Source of the DNA: Carpediemonas membranifera BICM
Taxonomy: Eukaryota > Protista > Fornicata
Direction of reading: 5' to 3'
DNA: 64,000 nt
Assembly: GCA_019828565.1 (NCBI GenBank)
Contig: JAHDYR010000038.1
Span: 1,190,552-1,254,551, forward strand
Under the pieces are notes generated by a model, which had not been told where the DNA came from, made no database searches, and saw nothing but the letters and a program-made list of their open reading frames with translations. A program made the position numbers and the translations under genes. This document shows, one piece after another, positions 23,189 to 33,863 of the stretch. Position 1 is the first letter of the stretch, and each line of letters starts with the position of its first letter.

Positions 23189-23850
23189 TTAGGAGAGAAC
23201 GGCGTCTAAGACATCGTTGATCTCCTCATACTCAGCCTCAGCAAGCATCTTCTCCAGACAGAAGGGGTAGAGGGCCATGGGCTTGCGTCCACGCCAGTAC
23301 TGCTCGCCATACTCGATCGAGAGGTACTCGAACTTGGCAATAGCGCGATCCGCCAAGTAAAGAATGACGGGAAGACGCTTCTTCTGGTCCCCCACCTGCA
23401 CATTAACGTAGGCCGTCCCCGGTACGACGTTGTAGAAAGCGGCACCATCGTTGATCTTGTGACAGCCGAACGTGAGGCCGGCCGAGTCAACAGCAAAGTT
23501 GTTAGGCTTCTTGAGCCTCGTCACGTAGGTCGTGACTGCACCAGGTTCGGGCTCGGGGATGATCTTGCCGCAGTATATGCCAATGACTGCGTCGTTGGGG
23601 ATGCTCTTGTTGGTAAGGATACCATCGCCCACTGTCGGACCCCATAAGCGCATGCTGAGGCACCATGGCCAGATCTAGCTCGCTGTTGAAGCCATTCTTG
23701 TCCACTGTGACGGAGAACGTGGTGCTGTGGGCAGAACGAATGCCTGCTTCATCACAGGCCGCAACAAAATGACTCAAAGTCATCAGAGGAGTAGTATTGC
23801 TGGTATTCCTCCGCCGTAATCACAGTATCTGCCTTGTTGGTGAGCTTCAT
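23189..23850 (-). CDS. SET-domain lysine methyltransferase (two +1 frameshifts)
   Basis: GDGILTNKSIPNDAVIGIYCG, HKIND..YNV and YLADRAIAKFEYLSIEYGEQYW are SET motifs with the terminal catalytic Tyr. Confidence 0.85.
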
Positions 23851-23917
23851 GTTCTCGTTCGATTCGGTCACGCCGCAACACAAAATTTGGGCAATAAACA
23901 GTCATTTATGAAGCAAG

Positions 23918-25120
23918 ATGCCGTGTGTAGACACGCTTGAGGTCTGGATCACTCGCATGTTCCACCCATTCCATGGTTTATTTAACGGTTTCCGAATGAA
24001 CGAAAGAGACGAAGAGATGGAAGGATCAAAGCGCCAGATCGTGCATGCATTGATTTGTTACTTCAGCATTGAGCCTAAGTATCGCACTGAAGGCGTTGTT
24101 GATGTTCTGAAGCACCGTGTTCACGAGAACGTCGTCGAGATGCTGACAGAGCGCAAGCAAAAGCCTCTTGAGAGCACAAGCGATGTTGTGGTGGCTGCAG
24201 AGAACGTACAAGAAGCAGCAATCCCGTCTACGAGGCGCTTCGCACGTCGGAGCTGCCAAGTAGATGGTTCTATCACCAGGGAGGGACAGGCATCGGCCGA
24301 GGGTGTGGGCAAGGCTGGCGAAGAAGCATCAGGTGAGGGTGAGGGGCAGCCTTCGGCGAGCAAGAAGGACAAGAAGAAGAAGCCCAAGATTGATCTCACC
24401 CTTGAGACATTCGATGTTACCGCGGTGCTCAAGGAGGAGCCTTGGTATGGCGGCATTATCGCGCCAGTATCCAGTGCTATGACGACGCTTACTGTCATTC
24501 AGTCTGGCTACATGGATGAACACCGCCTGGAACTCATGCTAGAGACAATGACGTCTGGTGCAACACGCGAGATGATGCTGCGGATCATGATTGCTTGGCA
24601 GCTGGAGCTGTACACGATCGCAGGGAAGCGTGGAGCGATGCCCGTCGACGATGAGGGTAGGGTCGCCCGTCTTGACGCCGCAGCCGAACGTTTACGTGCC
24701 GATGTACTGGCTGGGCGCGTTGGCAAGAACACCTACTGTGATGGCATCTACAAGCGCATCCACGAGATGAGTTCCATCAAGACCCACAATGTGCGGCGTA
24801 AGTACGCCAAAATGATCAAGTACGCCATTCTCTGGCCAAAGGAGTTCCGCGAGCTCGCCAGTCACCAAGCTGTGCCCCTAACCCTGGCCCATTCCGTGCT
24901 CATCTTCAGCCAAGCCTTTGATAACAGGCTGAACGCTGAGCTCGGGCATCTTCAAGACCAGGACCGAGATAAGATCCGGCACAACATTCTGAGGCTTGAG
25001 GAAAGCCAGGGTTTGGAGCAGACGAGCGACTTACTCTTCCGAGTCTTTGGTGTCACCCGTCCCGGCACAAGGAAGGCTCAATTGGTTACTCCGGAGAAGC
25101 GGGACAACGAGGCTGAGTGA
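23918..25120 (+). CDS. Hypothetical cargo protein (400 aa, basic NLS-like KKDKKKKPK)
   Basis: Intact long ORF; no recognisable domain. Confidence 0.65.
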   Translation: MPCVDTLEVWITRMFHPFHGLFNGFRMNERDEEMEGSKRQIVHALICYFSIEPKYRTEGVVDVLKHRVHENVVEMLTERKQKPLESTSDVVVAAENVQEAAIPSTRRFARRSCQVDGSITREGQASAEGVGKAGEEASGEGEGQPSASKKDKKKKPKIDLTLETFDVTAVLKEEPWYGGIIAPVSSAMTTLTVIQSGYMDEHRLELMLETMTSGATREMMLRIMIAWQLELYTIAGKRGAMPVDDEGRVARLDAAAERLRADVLAGRVGKNTYCDGIYKRIHEMSSIKTHNVRRKYAKMIKYAILWPKEFRELASHQAVPLTLAHSVLIFSQAFDNRLNAELGHLQDQDRDKIRHNILRLEESQGLEQTSDLLFRVFGVTRPGTRKAQLVTPEKRDNEAE

Positions 25121-25201
25121 GAGAAGTAAAGTTTGATAATGACTGACAGATCCCTGTTGTTTAGGACGCTGTTATCTCCCTTAAATGAGATTCCGGCAGA
25201 T

Positions 25202-25442
25202 GCATAAACTGCACACTTGTGCATTCGAGTACAGTGACGAAATCCCTCAATATGCTACCAGCAGTGCATTTAATAACCAATATAAACGCCAAGACGCGTG
25301 TAGTTCGGAGCCATGTAGTTGTTTGCGCTCGTCTGTCCCCCCTATTACCGAAACTGGTGCTGTACTCTAGAAAATCACTAACAACATCAATATCGAGCTA
25401 GAAGGCGATGTAAAGAGCCTCATTGGACAATAATATCTTGAT
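25202..25442 (+). repeat. Internal dispersed repeat R1, copy 3 (241 bp)
   Basis: Direct repeat of 21928-22168. Confidence 0.92.
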
Positions 25443-25822
25443 CGTAGCCATTTATTGCTTTCAAAGTTCAACGCCGAGACAAACAAAGGGACAGATGAAT
25501 CAAAACACACCATTTACAGAACCCGGGGAGGAAACAGCTACGAGGAGGAGGCCCCACGGCAATGTCCGTGTCAAAGAGCGGCCGGGGAAGTGCGCCCGGA
25601 GAACGACAGCGCAAACGCAAGTAATATATTGCAAAATGCTTTACTTGCGCTGGTGCTTCTCATGGGCCGCGCCCACCAACAAGGCCGTCCACTATCACGT
25701 GCTCAAGAACACCCCCTCCCAACACCAGGACGTCCTCCAGGACGTCGTTTCTGCTGTCATCCTTTCTCATTGAGCAGTTTAAGAACGAGAACAAGTCGCC
25801 ACCGAACTGAGCGCTGGAATCG

Positions 25823-27354
25823 ATGAGCAGTGCTAGTTCCTCCCCATCAGCCATCAAAGAAGCCCTTATCTCCGTATTCCGCGCCTCGCTAGTTGTAGCA
25901 GCCCGTATCTCCGGGGACGTACCATCCTTGCTCCAATGCGCCTACACCAGGCATTTTGGCGAGGAGATGCCCTCGTTCCACAACGCAGAGAGCACTACTG
26001 CACCAGCGAGCGCCCCTTCTCTCGAATCCCTCCTCGCCACGCTCTCCAAGATCCCCCCGCTTGAACCAACCGCACAAGTCCTCCTAGATCACGCCCGCTC
26101 GATCCTCGCAGACGGACCCCCGCTGTCCATGAACGTCGAGCTCTCGCCTGGCGATGAGCTCCCGGCAGCCATGCACACACTGAACCAGGGCGCGGTGTGG
26201 GCGTGTCTTATGGGTGGAGGGGCCAACCCAGACCTCCAGGACCTCATCCGAAATGCTCTCGCCCCCGAGGGCAAGTGTCTCTGGTTCCTCTGCCGCAAGT
26301 TCTTCTTCACACTGAACGTCGCCGAGAAGGACGGCGAGTACTACCAATTCTCAAATGGCAACACACACTACCATCACCGCATGTACATGGGCCGTCTATT
26401 CATGCTTCGTCCAGACAACCTCGCCATCTTCATTAGAGCCAGGATGCCCAGGGCCCTCGAGGTCTACAGTTGCAATTTCAGCCATCTTACCAGGACACCT
26501 AAGGGTCTGTGGGCATGGAGCTTGGACTGGCACTGGAATGCGACCCGCCTCACCTTCACCAGCTGCCCTAATATCGCCGAGCTCGAGGCCAGTCTGCCCC
26601 CCTGGGAGAAGAACAGGATGGTGATCGATGTGTCGGAGCAGGCTTGTCGCAGGTTCATCCTCACCCCAGTCGGTACTGTCATGGCTGGAAACGGTGCATG
26701 CTTCACAGTTCATGACGATCTGAGAAGATACGTCTTCCACCCAGTCGCTGTGCCCACTGGCTTCATCCCCTGATCGGATCATGTATGGAGGGGGGACAGT
26801 TATCCTCTCCGCGGCCGATCAGCAGGTAATCAGCGATTTCAACCGCCACTATAAGCTGGGACTTGGACGCGATAGATGTATACGGGGCTTCGAAAAGCTG
26901 CCGTTCAGGGTCGACCAGCTCATGGCAGACTGTCGCTGCAACGTCTTCCTCAGCGGCAGTCAACTCCTGTTCGCCGGTGTGGTTCCCCAACATATCGCCC
27001 AGTCTGGCCTACTGCCTGAATACCAGCAGCGCGAGAAATGCCTCACAGCAACGCCGATTGCATTCCCTTTGAATGTAAAGGCGGTGTTGTTTTTTCCCCT
27101 GGCGGCTGATTTGGGTGTCTCCTGGTTGCACCCATATTTGCGAGGACGATTGTACGCTAGATATGCCCTTTGAGGCAACAGCTGTCTATCAGACATATGA
27201 GCGTGTGTACGCATTATGCGACACAGAAGGGCAGTGGTATGATGTTGTGGGTGACTGCGATGGCGTGGCTAAGGTGGTCAAGTGCAGCGTGTCTAGAGTG
27301 AGATATGCTCGCCTGAAAGTGCACTATTTCCTGCTCAACGAGGTGCCGGAATAA
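25823..27354 (+). CDS. Captured RCC1-like family paralog (frameshifts at ~26770 and ~27095)
   Basis: ISGDVPSLL...KIPPLEPTAQVLLDHARSILADGPPLSMNVEL aligns with host gene 3573-5126 (IPGDVPSLL...EIPPLEPAAQVLLDRARSILTSGPPLSMNVEL). Confidence 0.8.
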
Positions 27355-27391
27355 ATCGAGTAAATAATTAGACCTTGGAATCATGAATGCC

Positions 27392-27624
27392 GTGTGCGGT
27401 GGGTCCGTGGACGATAGAGAGTGGGCCTGCACGCGGCGTGGCACCAAGACGCCGAAGTCTAGCTGCCGAGATTTGTTGAAGCAGGCCACTGTTGATGCTT
27501 CAGCCGCAAGAGCAACAAAGAAGGTGCACGACACACGTAAGGTATATCTGACGGGAAAGGCAGTGGCCTGGCTTAACTCGCAGATGGAGAAATAAAAGAT
27601 TCAGAGTCAATGGATATGTTTACA
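27392..27624 (+). repeat. 233-bp direct repeat R3, copy 1 (duplicated 3' end of the Zn-finger ORF)
   Basis: Near-identical to 28624-28856. Confidence 0.92.
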
Positions 27625-27898
27625 GCTTCATTCATTCCATCTATCGTCAGGGAGTATCCAGATCGGACAGAGAGATGGGTCTTTTCAGACTCTGCATCCC
27701 CGCTTCGTGCAGGATGCGGTTCGCGTGCCTGACGGTCATGGGGGGACTACCCCAGAGCGAATCAAGGTCCTTGGACATCCGGATAAGACCAGCCCACATC
27801 AATATGGGCTGTAGGTTACGTTTCTGCTGTCTCTAGATGCGCAGTGATCTCACTTACCACCGAACATTTCTTTAGAATTTCGTTCTGAAGAAACCGAT

Positions 27899-28827
27899 AT
27901 GAGCTCTGGGGTGAAGGATTCAGCAGGATACGCCAGCATGATGTTTGAAGCGCTACTGAGGATGATTCCGAAGCTGCAGGAGTACATCGCGAGGTACCGT
28001 GGTGACGGTGGCGAGATGGATCCGGCTATGCTTTTGCAAGCGATCCTACATCGTGTTCCTGATCTTCACCACGCTGATAAGAGACATATACGCGAGCTGT
28101 TGGCAGCTCGAAACTCAATCTGCCACAATCGCGATGTTTCCAGTGCTGCCGATTTTGCATCCTTTGAGATGTCGGTCACATGCGTCATGTCGTTTGTGAC
28201 GCAGAAGGTGGGCCGTGATGACGGCTTCAATGCCTTCATGGAGGCTCTGCACAACGAGGCGAACGGGGGCCGACCAGGACGCGAGTTCACCCGCAAGCCC
28301 CTTCCCGCAGGGACTCCCAGCCTGTCAGGATAGTCGAGAAGCGGGTTGAGGTACCTGTTTACATGACTGCGCTGGGTCCTGATCCTGATAAGCCGAGGAT
28401 GGTGGGAAAATGCCAGCAGTTTTCGCCACAGGGTGAGCATGCAGAGACTCAGACTGTGCGAGACCTAGAGGAGGCGTCTACTCAGACAGAGCTGTTGGTT
28501 GAGCCTGTTAGTACCCTGCGCACGCATGAATTGTCTCGACGCGTCGTCAAGACCGCGATGTGCGATCTGCTTCGACAGAAGCTGAAGGAGAAGCCACCGA
28601 CCGTATTCGCAGGGTCATGCGTTGTGTGTGGTGAGTCCGTGGACGATAGAGAGTGGGCCTGCACGCGGCGTGGCACCAAGACGCCGAAGTCTAGCTGCCG
28701 AGATTTGTTGAAGCAGGCCACTGTTGATGCTTCAGCCGCAAGAGCAACAAAGAAGGCGCACGACACACGTAAGGTATATTTGACGGGAAAGGCAGTGGCC
28801 TGGCTTAACTCGCAGATGGAGAAATAA
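27899..28827 (+). CDS. HEPN-domain (Swt1-like) protein, probably continuing via frameshift into a Cys-finger C-terminus
   Basis: MDPAMLLQAI...IRELLAARNSICH carries the HEPN Rx4H motif; downstream ORF has CVVCG...WAC...C. Confidence 0.65.
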
Positions 28828-28856
28828 AAGATTCAGAGTCAATGGATATGTTTACA
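28624..28856 (+). repeat. 233-bp direct repeat R3, copy 2
   Basis: Matches 27392-27624. Confidence 0.92.
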
Positions 28857-29692
28857 CCTCTATGCCACGACTTATGGGAAATCCGCCCTTATTAAGCTTC
28901 CTACAGGGAATATAGGCCATTTTGGAGGTATGAGCGACCGGGAGGGGGGAATGGGGGCATTTATGGTATGGCTGGCCTCTACTCGGGCAGACTATTATAA
29001 CGAGGCTCAGATCAGACCTCTACGGCCGCCTTACGAGGAGAAAAGAGCCAAGCAGCGCGCTAGCGGCCCATGGCCGCAGCAGAGCCCAGCCAAGCTCAGC
29101 TATAGGGTCACCTGAGACCCCGAATGACGTGCTGATCAGGTCGACTCCCATCTATTGACTTGGTAATTGCAGAGGGCGTCTGAACGCGATGTCCTAATAA
29201 CCGACTTGGTCGGAGCGGTTCGGCGATGACTCCGTTGTATTCCACACCTTCTTTTAATGCCGAAACATGCAGTCCTTTAGAGTCAACGCGCGTCCTGTCC
29301 GTCAGGCGAAGGGCATTCAGCAGAGGCATTGCTGCGGTCTGCAGACCGCCCTAGCGCTTCAGGATGGCCAACTGCATGATCTGGACTCATGTCTATCAAA
29401 TCCATTTTGATCACATCAAACATGTGTCAAATCCGGCAAATCGATTTTGCGATAAAAAAAGGGGCAGAGGGGAGGAAGCGACCCATAAGGCGTACTTATG
29501 GACCATTTCCTCCCCCCTGCCCGTTTTTTGAGTCTCAACTCTCAATTCCAATTTGTCCCTATGTTACTTTTTTCTAGCAGGATTTAAAGTTTGATACTGC
29601 GCATGCGTATTGCTTAGGTATAGCCAAGTACTACCATACCACTTTGAAGATCCAGCTCCGGCTCATCGTCGAGTTCATTTTTTCTTGCAACC

Positions 29693-29767
29693 GTAGATTA
29701 TCTAGCTTTTTGAGGTCGAAGATAATCTAGGGTTTAGCAAAGATAATCTAGGGATGTTGACAGTATG
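29693..29767 (-). repeat. Right TIR
   Basis: Reverse complement of 13361-13435 with 2 mismatches. Confidence 0.92.
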
Positions 29768-30180
29768 ATCTTAATGGCGATCTTGTTGGGCGTGCATTTG
29801 GAGAAGAGAAAGTCCTCGAACATCTCCTCGAGGTTCTCAGCCTCCTCTCTCATACCAATAGACTTCAAGGTAGCCCACTTTTTCCGCTGCTGGATCGCGA
29901 GGAGCGCCGAAATGGATGTTTGCATTCGTTCGTTCTGAGAAGTAAGCAGAGCAAGCTGATGCTGCTGCTGTTGGATGATCTGCTGAAGAGTAGCTTCAGG
30001 CTGTTCGATATTACCTTCGGTCTCAGGTGCTTCGCCCTGTGTTGTTTCTTCAGCCATCTGTTCGAGTCTCCAGAAGTCAGTCCTTCAGGTAGGATTGAGT
30101 CAGGTGGAGTAAATGTGGCCATACGTCTTCAGCGCTTTCATAGCGTCGCCTATTAGGGTCTTCGCCGCCCATGGTGTTGC
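29768..30180 (-). mobile_element. DIRS-type element A, 5' fragment (gag N-terminus) cut by the right TIR
   Basis: MAEETT...W..LKSIGMREEAENLEEMF is homologous to gag of elements B and C; 5' boundary approximate. Confidence 0.75.
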
Positions 30181-30263
30181 AGGCAATATATCGGTGTCCT
30201 AACACCCTGTCTGAGTCACCCTCCGGAGTGAACGCGTCTGACTAGGCAGACACTCACATTCAC

Positions 30264-31290
30264 TTATGAATTCTCCTGGGGCTTCCCGCCCGCACGCCTA
30301 CACCATCCCGATGGTGACCATTCAATCTTTATGGACCACTCGTACCCGTACGAGTAAAGGAAGGAGACGACTGCTATTCGAGGTGCGCGAACCATTCGCA
30401 CCTCGTCACAGCTGTCGAGCCGCACCGCTTCGGCGATGTAGCTCTGGAGGGAACTCTCGGACTTCCAAGTACCGAGGGCCATGACCACTGGAGTGGGCAT
30501 CCCGCGAAGTACAGCGTCCGCTGCGGCCCCGCGACGGAAGCTATGGGATCCAACTGGGTCTCCAAAGACCTGCTTCAGCTTGTCTTGGAGCATAGCGGGG
30601 GGCAACGGCCCTCGGTCCAGCCTCGACCCATCGAGGTTGGGGGACTTCCAGATGGTGGCGTCTCTGTCCTGGCACCAGCGCTGCAGGTGAGCCATGAGCA
30701 TCCCTGCCGGATTGAGCGCGCCTTCGACCCACGGGATGAACTTCTTAACTGCGCGAAGCCCTGTCTTGGTGGAGTCGATGGTGATAGAGACGCCGAGTCC
30801 TGCTTTCACCCTGATATCCCGAGGAGTGAGGGGTAGGATCTCACTGCGCCTCGACATTGTTGCGTAGGCAACGACGCCGAATAAGAAGGCTTGGTGGAAC
30901 TCCTCGTCGCGGCCGGCGAGTTTGGGGATCAGGCGGTGGATGCGTGCAGCCCGCACTGGGACCTTGCGTTGCGGCCTGGGGACTGTAGCGCGCTTCGCTT
31001 CGGTGATGAATGCCTTTTTGAGCAGCTGGGGGTGCCCACGTTGATACCAGGGGTGCAAACCTTACCACCAGCGAGCCCCGGTGCGCCAGACGGTCTGGGC
31101 CTACTAGCTCAGCCTCGCGAGCGAGCCACGCCAGGAATGTGTCGCGGTCCGATGCCGGGTTGGCCTCTCGGAAGGTCAGGAACTGGGAGACGACACCCGC
31201 CGTGTCACGCCTGGTCGTTGCCACGTAGCCTTTGAGCTCGTCTAGACCTAGTACTGCGTTGAAAGCGGCGTCGTCGGCACGAAGACGGCG
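30264..31290 (-). CDS. Tyrosine recombinase of DIRS B
   Basis: TMSRRSEIL, STKT, HSFRRGAA and GTWKSESSLQSY give intact R-K-H-R-W-Y; frameshift ~31040; start approximate. Confidence 0.88.
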
Positions 31291-33207
31291 AGGAGCCGCG
31301 GCTTTTCCCCCACGAGGATGTTCTGGAGCTCTGAGTCCTTCATGTCCTCCGCGTAGACCCTGAACGTTCTCTTGAAGGGGGGAGAGGCCCTTGATGCGGC
31401 GTACCGCCTCGGACTGGACGTCGGGCATCACCACGACCACTGCAGACTTGGTATGCCTCGGATGTGAGGCTGGTGAGGCGCGAATGAGGGCCAGTCGGTT
31501 GGCTACGGCTGGAAGAAGGGCGTATGGTGGTGCTGCGAAGACTCTCTTGCTGCGCCACTCCGAGCTCATGCCGCTCTCGGCCAGCGTGAGCGAACGCTCG
31601 ACGAAGCCGGGAAGTAGTAACTCCTTGTCCCTCCCACCAGTCACGTCGACCTCGAGAGGGCCCCACTCCTCCAGTATGGCAGCGAGGATCCCTCGTGGTG
31701 TCCGCCATTCCAGTCGCTGGTATCTCGACAGAGCATCTGCGGAGACATTGAGGTGCCCGCTGACGTGCTGGGCTCTCAGTGTGATCTGGCAGGCGGCCAA
31801 GCGGGAAAAGAGGGTGAGACAAGCGTCCTGGATCATCGGCGGGGCTCGCGTTGATCCCTGCTTGTTCAACCAGGCGCAGGCGTTGCTGTTGTCGATGAAT
31901 ACGGTGATCTCCCTGTCCGTTAGATGTGGAAGGAGCGTCTCCACGGCGTTCGTCGCCGCAAAGAACTCTTTCACCGCAATGGACTCGTTCTGGAGCGGGC
32001 TGTTGGGGGAGACGGAGGAGGATACGATCGTCTGCTTGCAGCCGTCCCTGATAATGGCAGCTAAGCCCTTTTCTGAGGCGTCCGACTGGATGTGGATGTC
32101 GATTGCCGGGCTTGCGCCCCACATGCTGATCAGGGAGTCGAAGGAGCGGGGATGATGATCTTCGCTGCTCAGCAGTTGCTTCCAGTACGATAGGGCCTTG
32201 AGGACGGCTTTCGTAAAGCCTTTCTCCGTCTCGGTGGCTGTCTGAAGAGGTCTCAGCCATGCGCGGCCGTCGGGGAAGCACAGAGATGCGAAGGATAGCT
32301 TCCCGATGAGGGATTGCCACCTCTTGTTGCTCATATTGCCTTCTATCAGCGCACTCTCGACCAATTGGCGGTATCTGCTGCGCTTCTTCGAGTCTAGGGA
32401 AATGACCCGAGCAGCTGAGTCGATGCGCATGCCGAGGTATGTCAGGACTGTGGTGGGCTCTAGGACTGACTTGTCGTGGTTGATGATAAAGCCTAGCTGA
32501 TTCATGATGTCCAGGAGGCGCTGGCGCTCGCGCAGAAGGGCCTTCTTCTTCCCGAAGAATAGAAGGTCGTCCAGATAGACGGCAACTCCTACACCGCGGC
32601 AATGGCGCTTGATAATCTTCGCTACGGTAATCATGATCTTCTGGAAGTAGAATGGCGCCGCGGACCATCCGAATGGGAGGACTGTGAACTGATAGTGGAC
32701 GCCGCGGTGAATAAAGCCTAGGAGGGACTGCGATGATGGGTGAATGGACACGTGGTGGTAGCCTGCATGGAGATCTAGCGACATCATCATGTCTCCTGGC
32801 GCAAGGCTTAAAACTGCTCTCTTGGCACCGAACAAGCGGAACGTACGGCGCTCTTTGGAGACCTTGTTGAGCGGTATGAGGTTGTGGACTGCTCTCCATT
32901 TGTCTGTACCCTTCGGGACTGGAAAGAGAGGACATGTGAGCTTCGGTGGTGATGAGACGCGGTGTATGGCACCCGATGAGAGCATTTCGCGCACCAGCGG
33001 ATCGAGCTTGGCTAAGTCCTTCTCTGGGAGATGGAATATTCGAGGATTGCTCGGTTGTTGTGTCAGTTCGATGGGTATGCCGTCGCCAACCCAAGAGACC
33101 ACGTCGGATGGCGCTCCCAAGCGCCGCCACGCGGCCACTGAGTGGCGGAGAGAACCCGCTCGACGGGTTGTGGGGAGTGGTGGTTCGGTTGATTGATGGT
33201 CTTGCAC
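31249..33207 (-). CDS. RT-RNase H-methyltransferase-like pol of DIRS B
   Basis: LPFGWSAAP, YLDD, SDAS, IDN, NVSADALSR, then WGPLEVD...VFAAPPY; frameshift ~31380. Confidence 0.9.
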
Positions 33208-33209
33208 AA

Positions 33210-33704
33210 TTAGTTTTTTCTGGGGCGCTTATCGCGCTTGGGGGCGACTCTGGCACTGGAGCGGGCCTCTGCGATGAGGACGGTGAGGCTCTCGGAATCA
33301 CGGATCCTGGAACGTCGGGCTCTGCCGTAGTCCTTGACTGCGTCGGCGTAGTGAAAGCCATTGATGTCCTTAATGAGGAGAAGCTCATGACGGAGCATTA
33401 GCTGAAGCTTGATCGTCTCGGTTGTCCAGCTCGGGTGGAGGACGATGTCCCTGTAGAGCATCTGCAGCCATTCGGACTCGTTACGCATGGCTAGTGAGTC
33501 CGGGTGGCGCCACTCCAGCGACATTAAATCTCGAAGCGTCAATAACTCGCCTGTTAGTTCGTTGATGCGCTTCTGCGGATCTGGGATCTTCTCTGCTTCA
33601 GGCGTGCGGTCCCCGGTGTTGTTCTCGGTTTCTTCAGCCATCTGGCCGTAATTGATTCGATCCCGATTCGTTCGGCTCGAATAAATCGAATCAGGCAGAT
33701 CCAT
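33210..33704 (-). CDS. Gag-like ORF1 of DIRS B (alternative start at MAEETE)
   Basis: Sits before pol; homologous to the other gag ORFs (W.hP.S..MR.E.E.L). Confidence 0.75.
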   Translation of the reverse strand: MDLPDSIYSSRTNRDRINYGQMAEETENNTGDRTPEAEKIPDPQKRINELTGELLTLRDLMSLEWRHPDSLAMRNESEWLQMLYRDIVLHPSWTTETIKLQLMLRHELLLIKDINGFHYADAVKDYGRARRSRIRDSESLTVLIAEARSSARVAPKRDKRPRKN

Positions 33705-33746
33705 CGCCCATGCTCCATTATCTCACGCCGGAGCTGACGTCTCCAC

Positions 33747-33820
33747 GATTCTTTGGTCTAGTCGGTTATGACGCCTGTTTGACAGACAGGAGATCCCCGG
33801 TTCGAGCCCGGGAAGAATCA
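33747..33820 (+). tRNA. tRNA-Val(GAC)
   Basis: Acceptor GATTCTT/AAGAATC+A, D-arm TGGTCTAGTCGGTTATGAC, anticodon stem CCTGT/ACAGG with loop TTGACAG, T-arm CCCGG-TTCGAGC-CCGGG. Confidence 0.9.
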
Positions 33821-33863
33821 TATCTCAACATCAAATTCTCGTCTCGAAAAAGCGAGTAAAAAT

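Larger units (their letters stand above)
13361..29767 (+). mobile_element. 16.4-kb cargo-carrying TIR DNA transposon (Transib/RAG1/Chapaev-like DDE transposase)
   Basis: 75-bp terminal inverted repeats (73/75 identical). Transposase-like ORF next to the left TIR. Both flanks are interrupted retroelement ORFs. Confidence 0.85.
30181..33740 (-). mobile_element. DIRS/PAT-type tyrosine-recombinase retrotransposon B (gag, RT-RNaseH-MT, YR)
   Basis: Three overlapping ORFs in canonical DIRS order; ends approximate. Confidence 0.9.

Noticed and set aside
13361-29767. Polinton/Maverick or endogenous virophage interpretation
   Set aside because: No protein-primed polB, packaging ATPase, capsid or rve integrase is recognisable, and the termini lack AG-type Polinton ends.
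30165-30172. CATGGGCG octamer upstream of gag in both DIRS A and B as a possible recombination site
   Set aside because: Only 8 bp, at different spacing, with no supporting terminal repeats for B or E.
31340-33388. Long alternative-frame ORFs over DIRS pol (682 aa here; 626 aa at 39252-41132)
   Set aside because: Low-complexity R/P/S/G-rich translations without motifs. Overlapping frames upstream of YR are common in DIRS elements, and no separate product can be supported.
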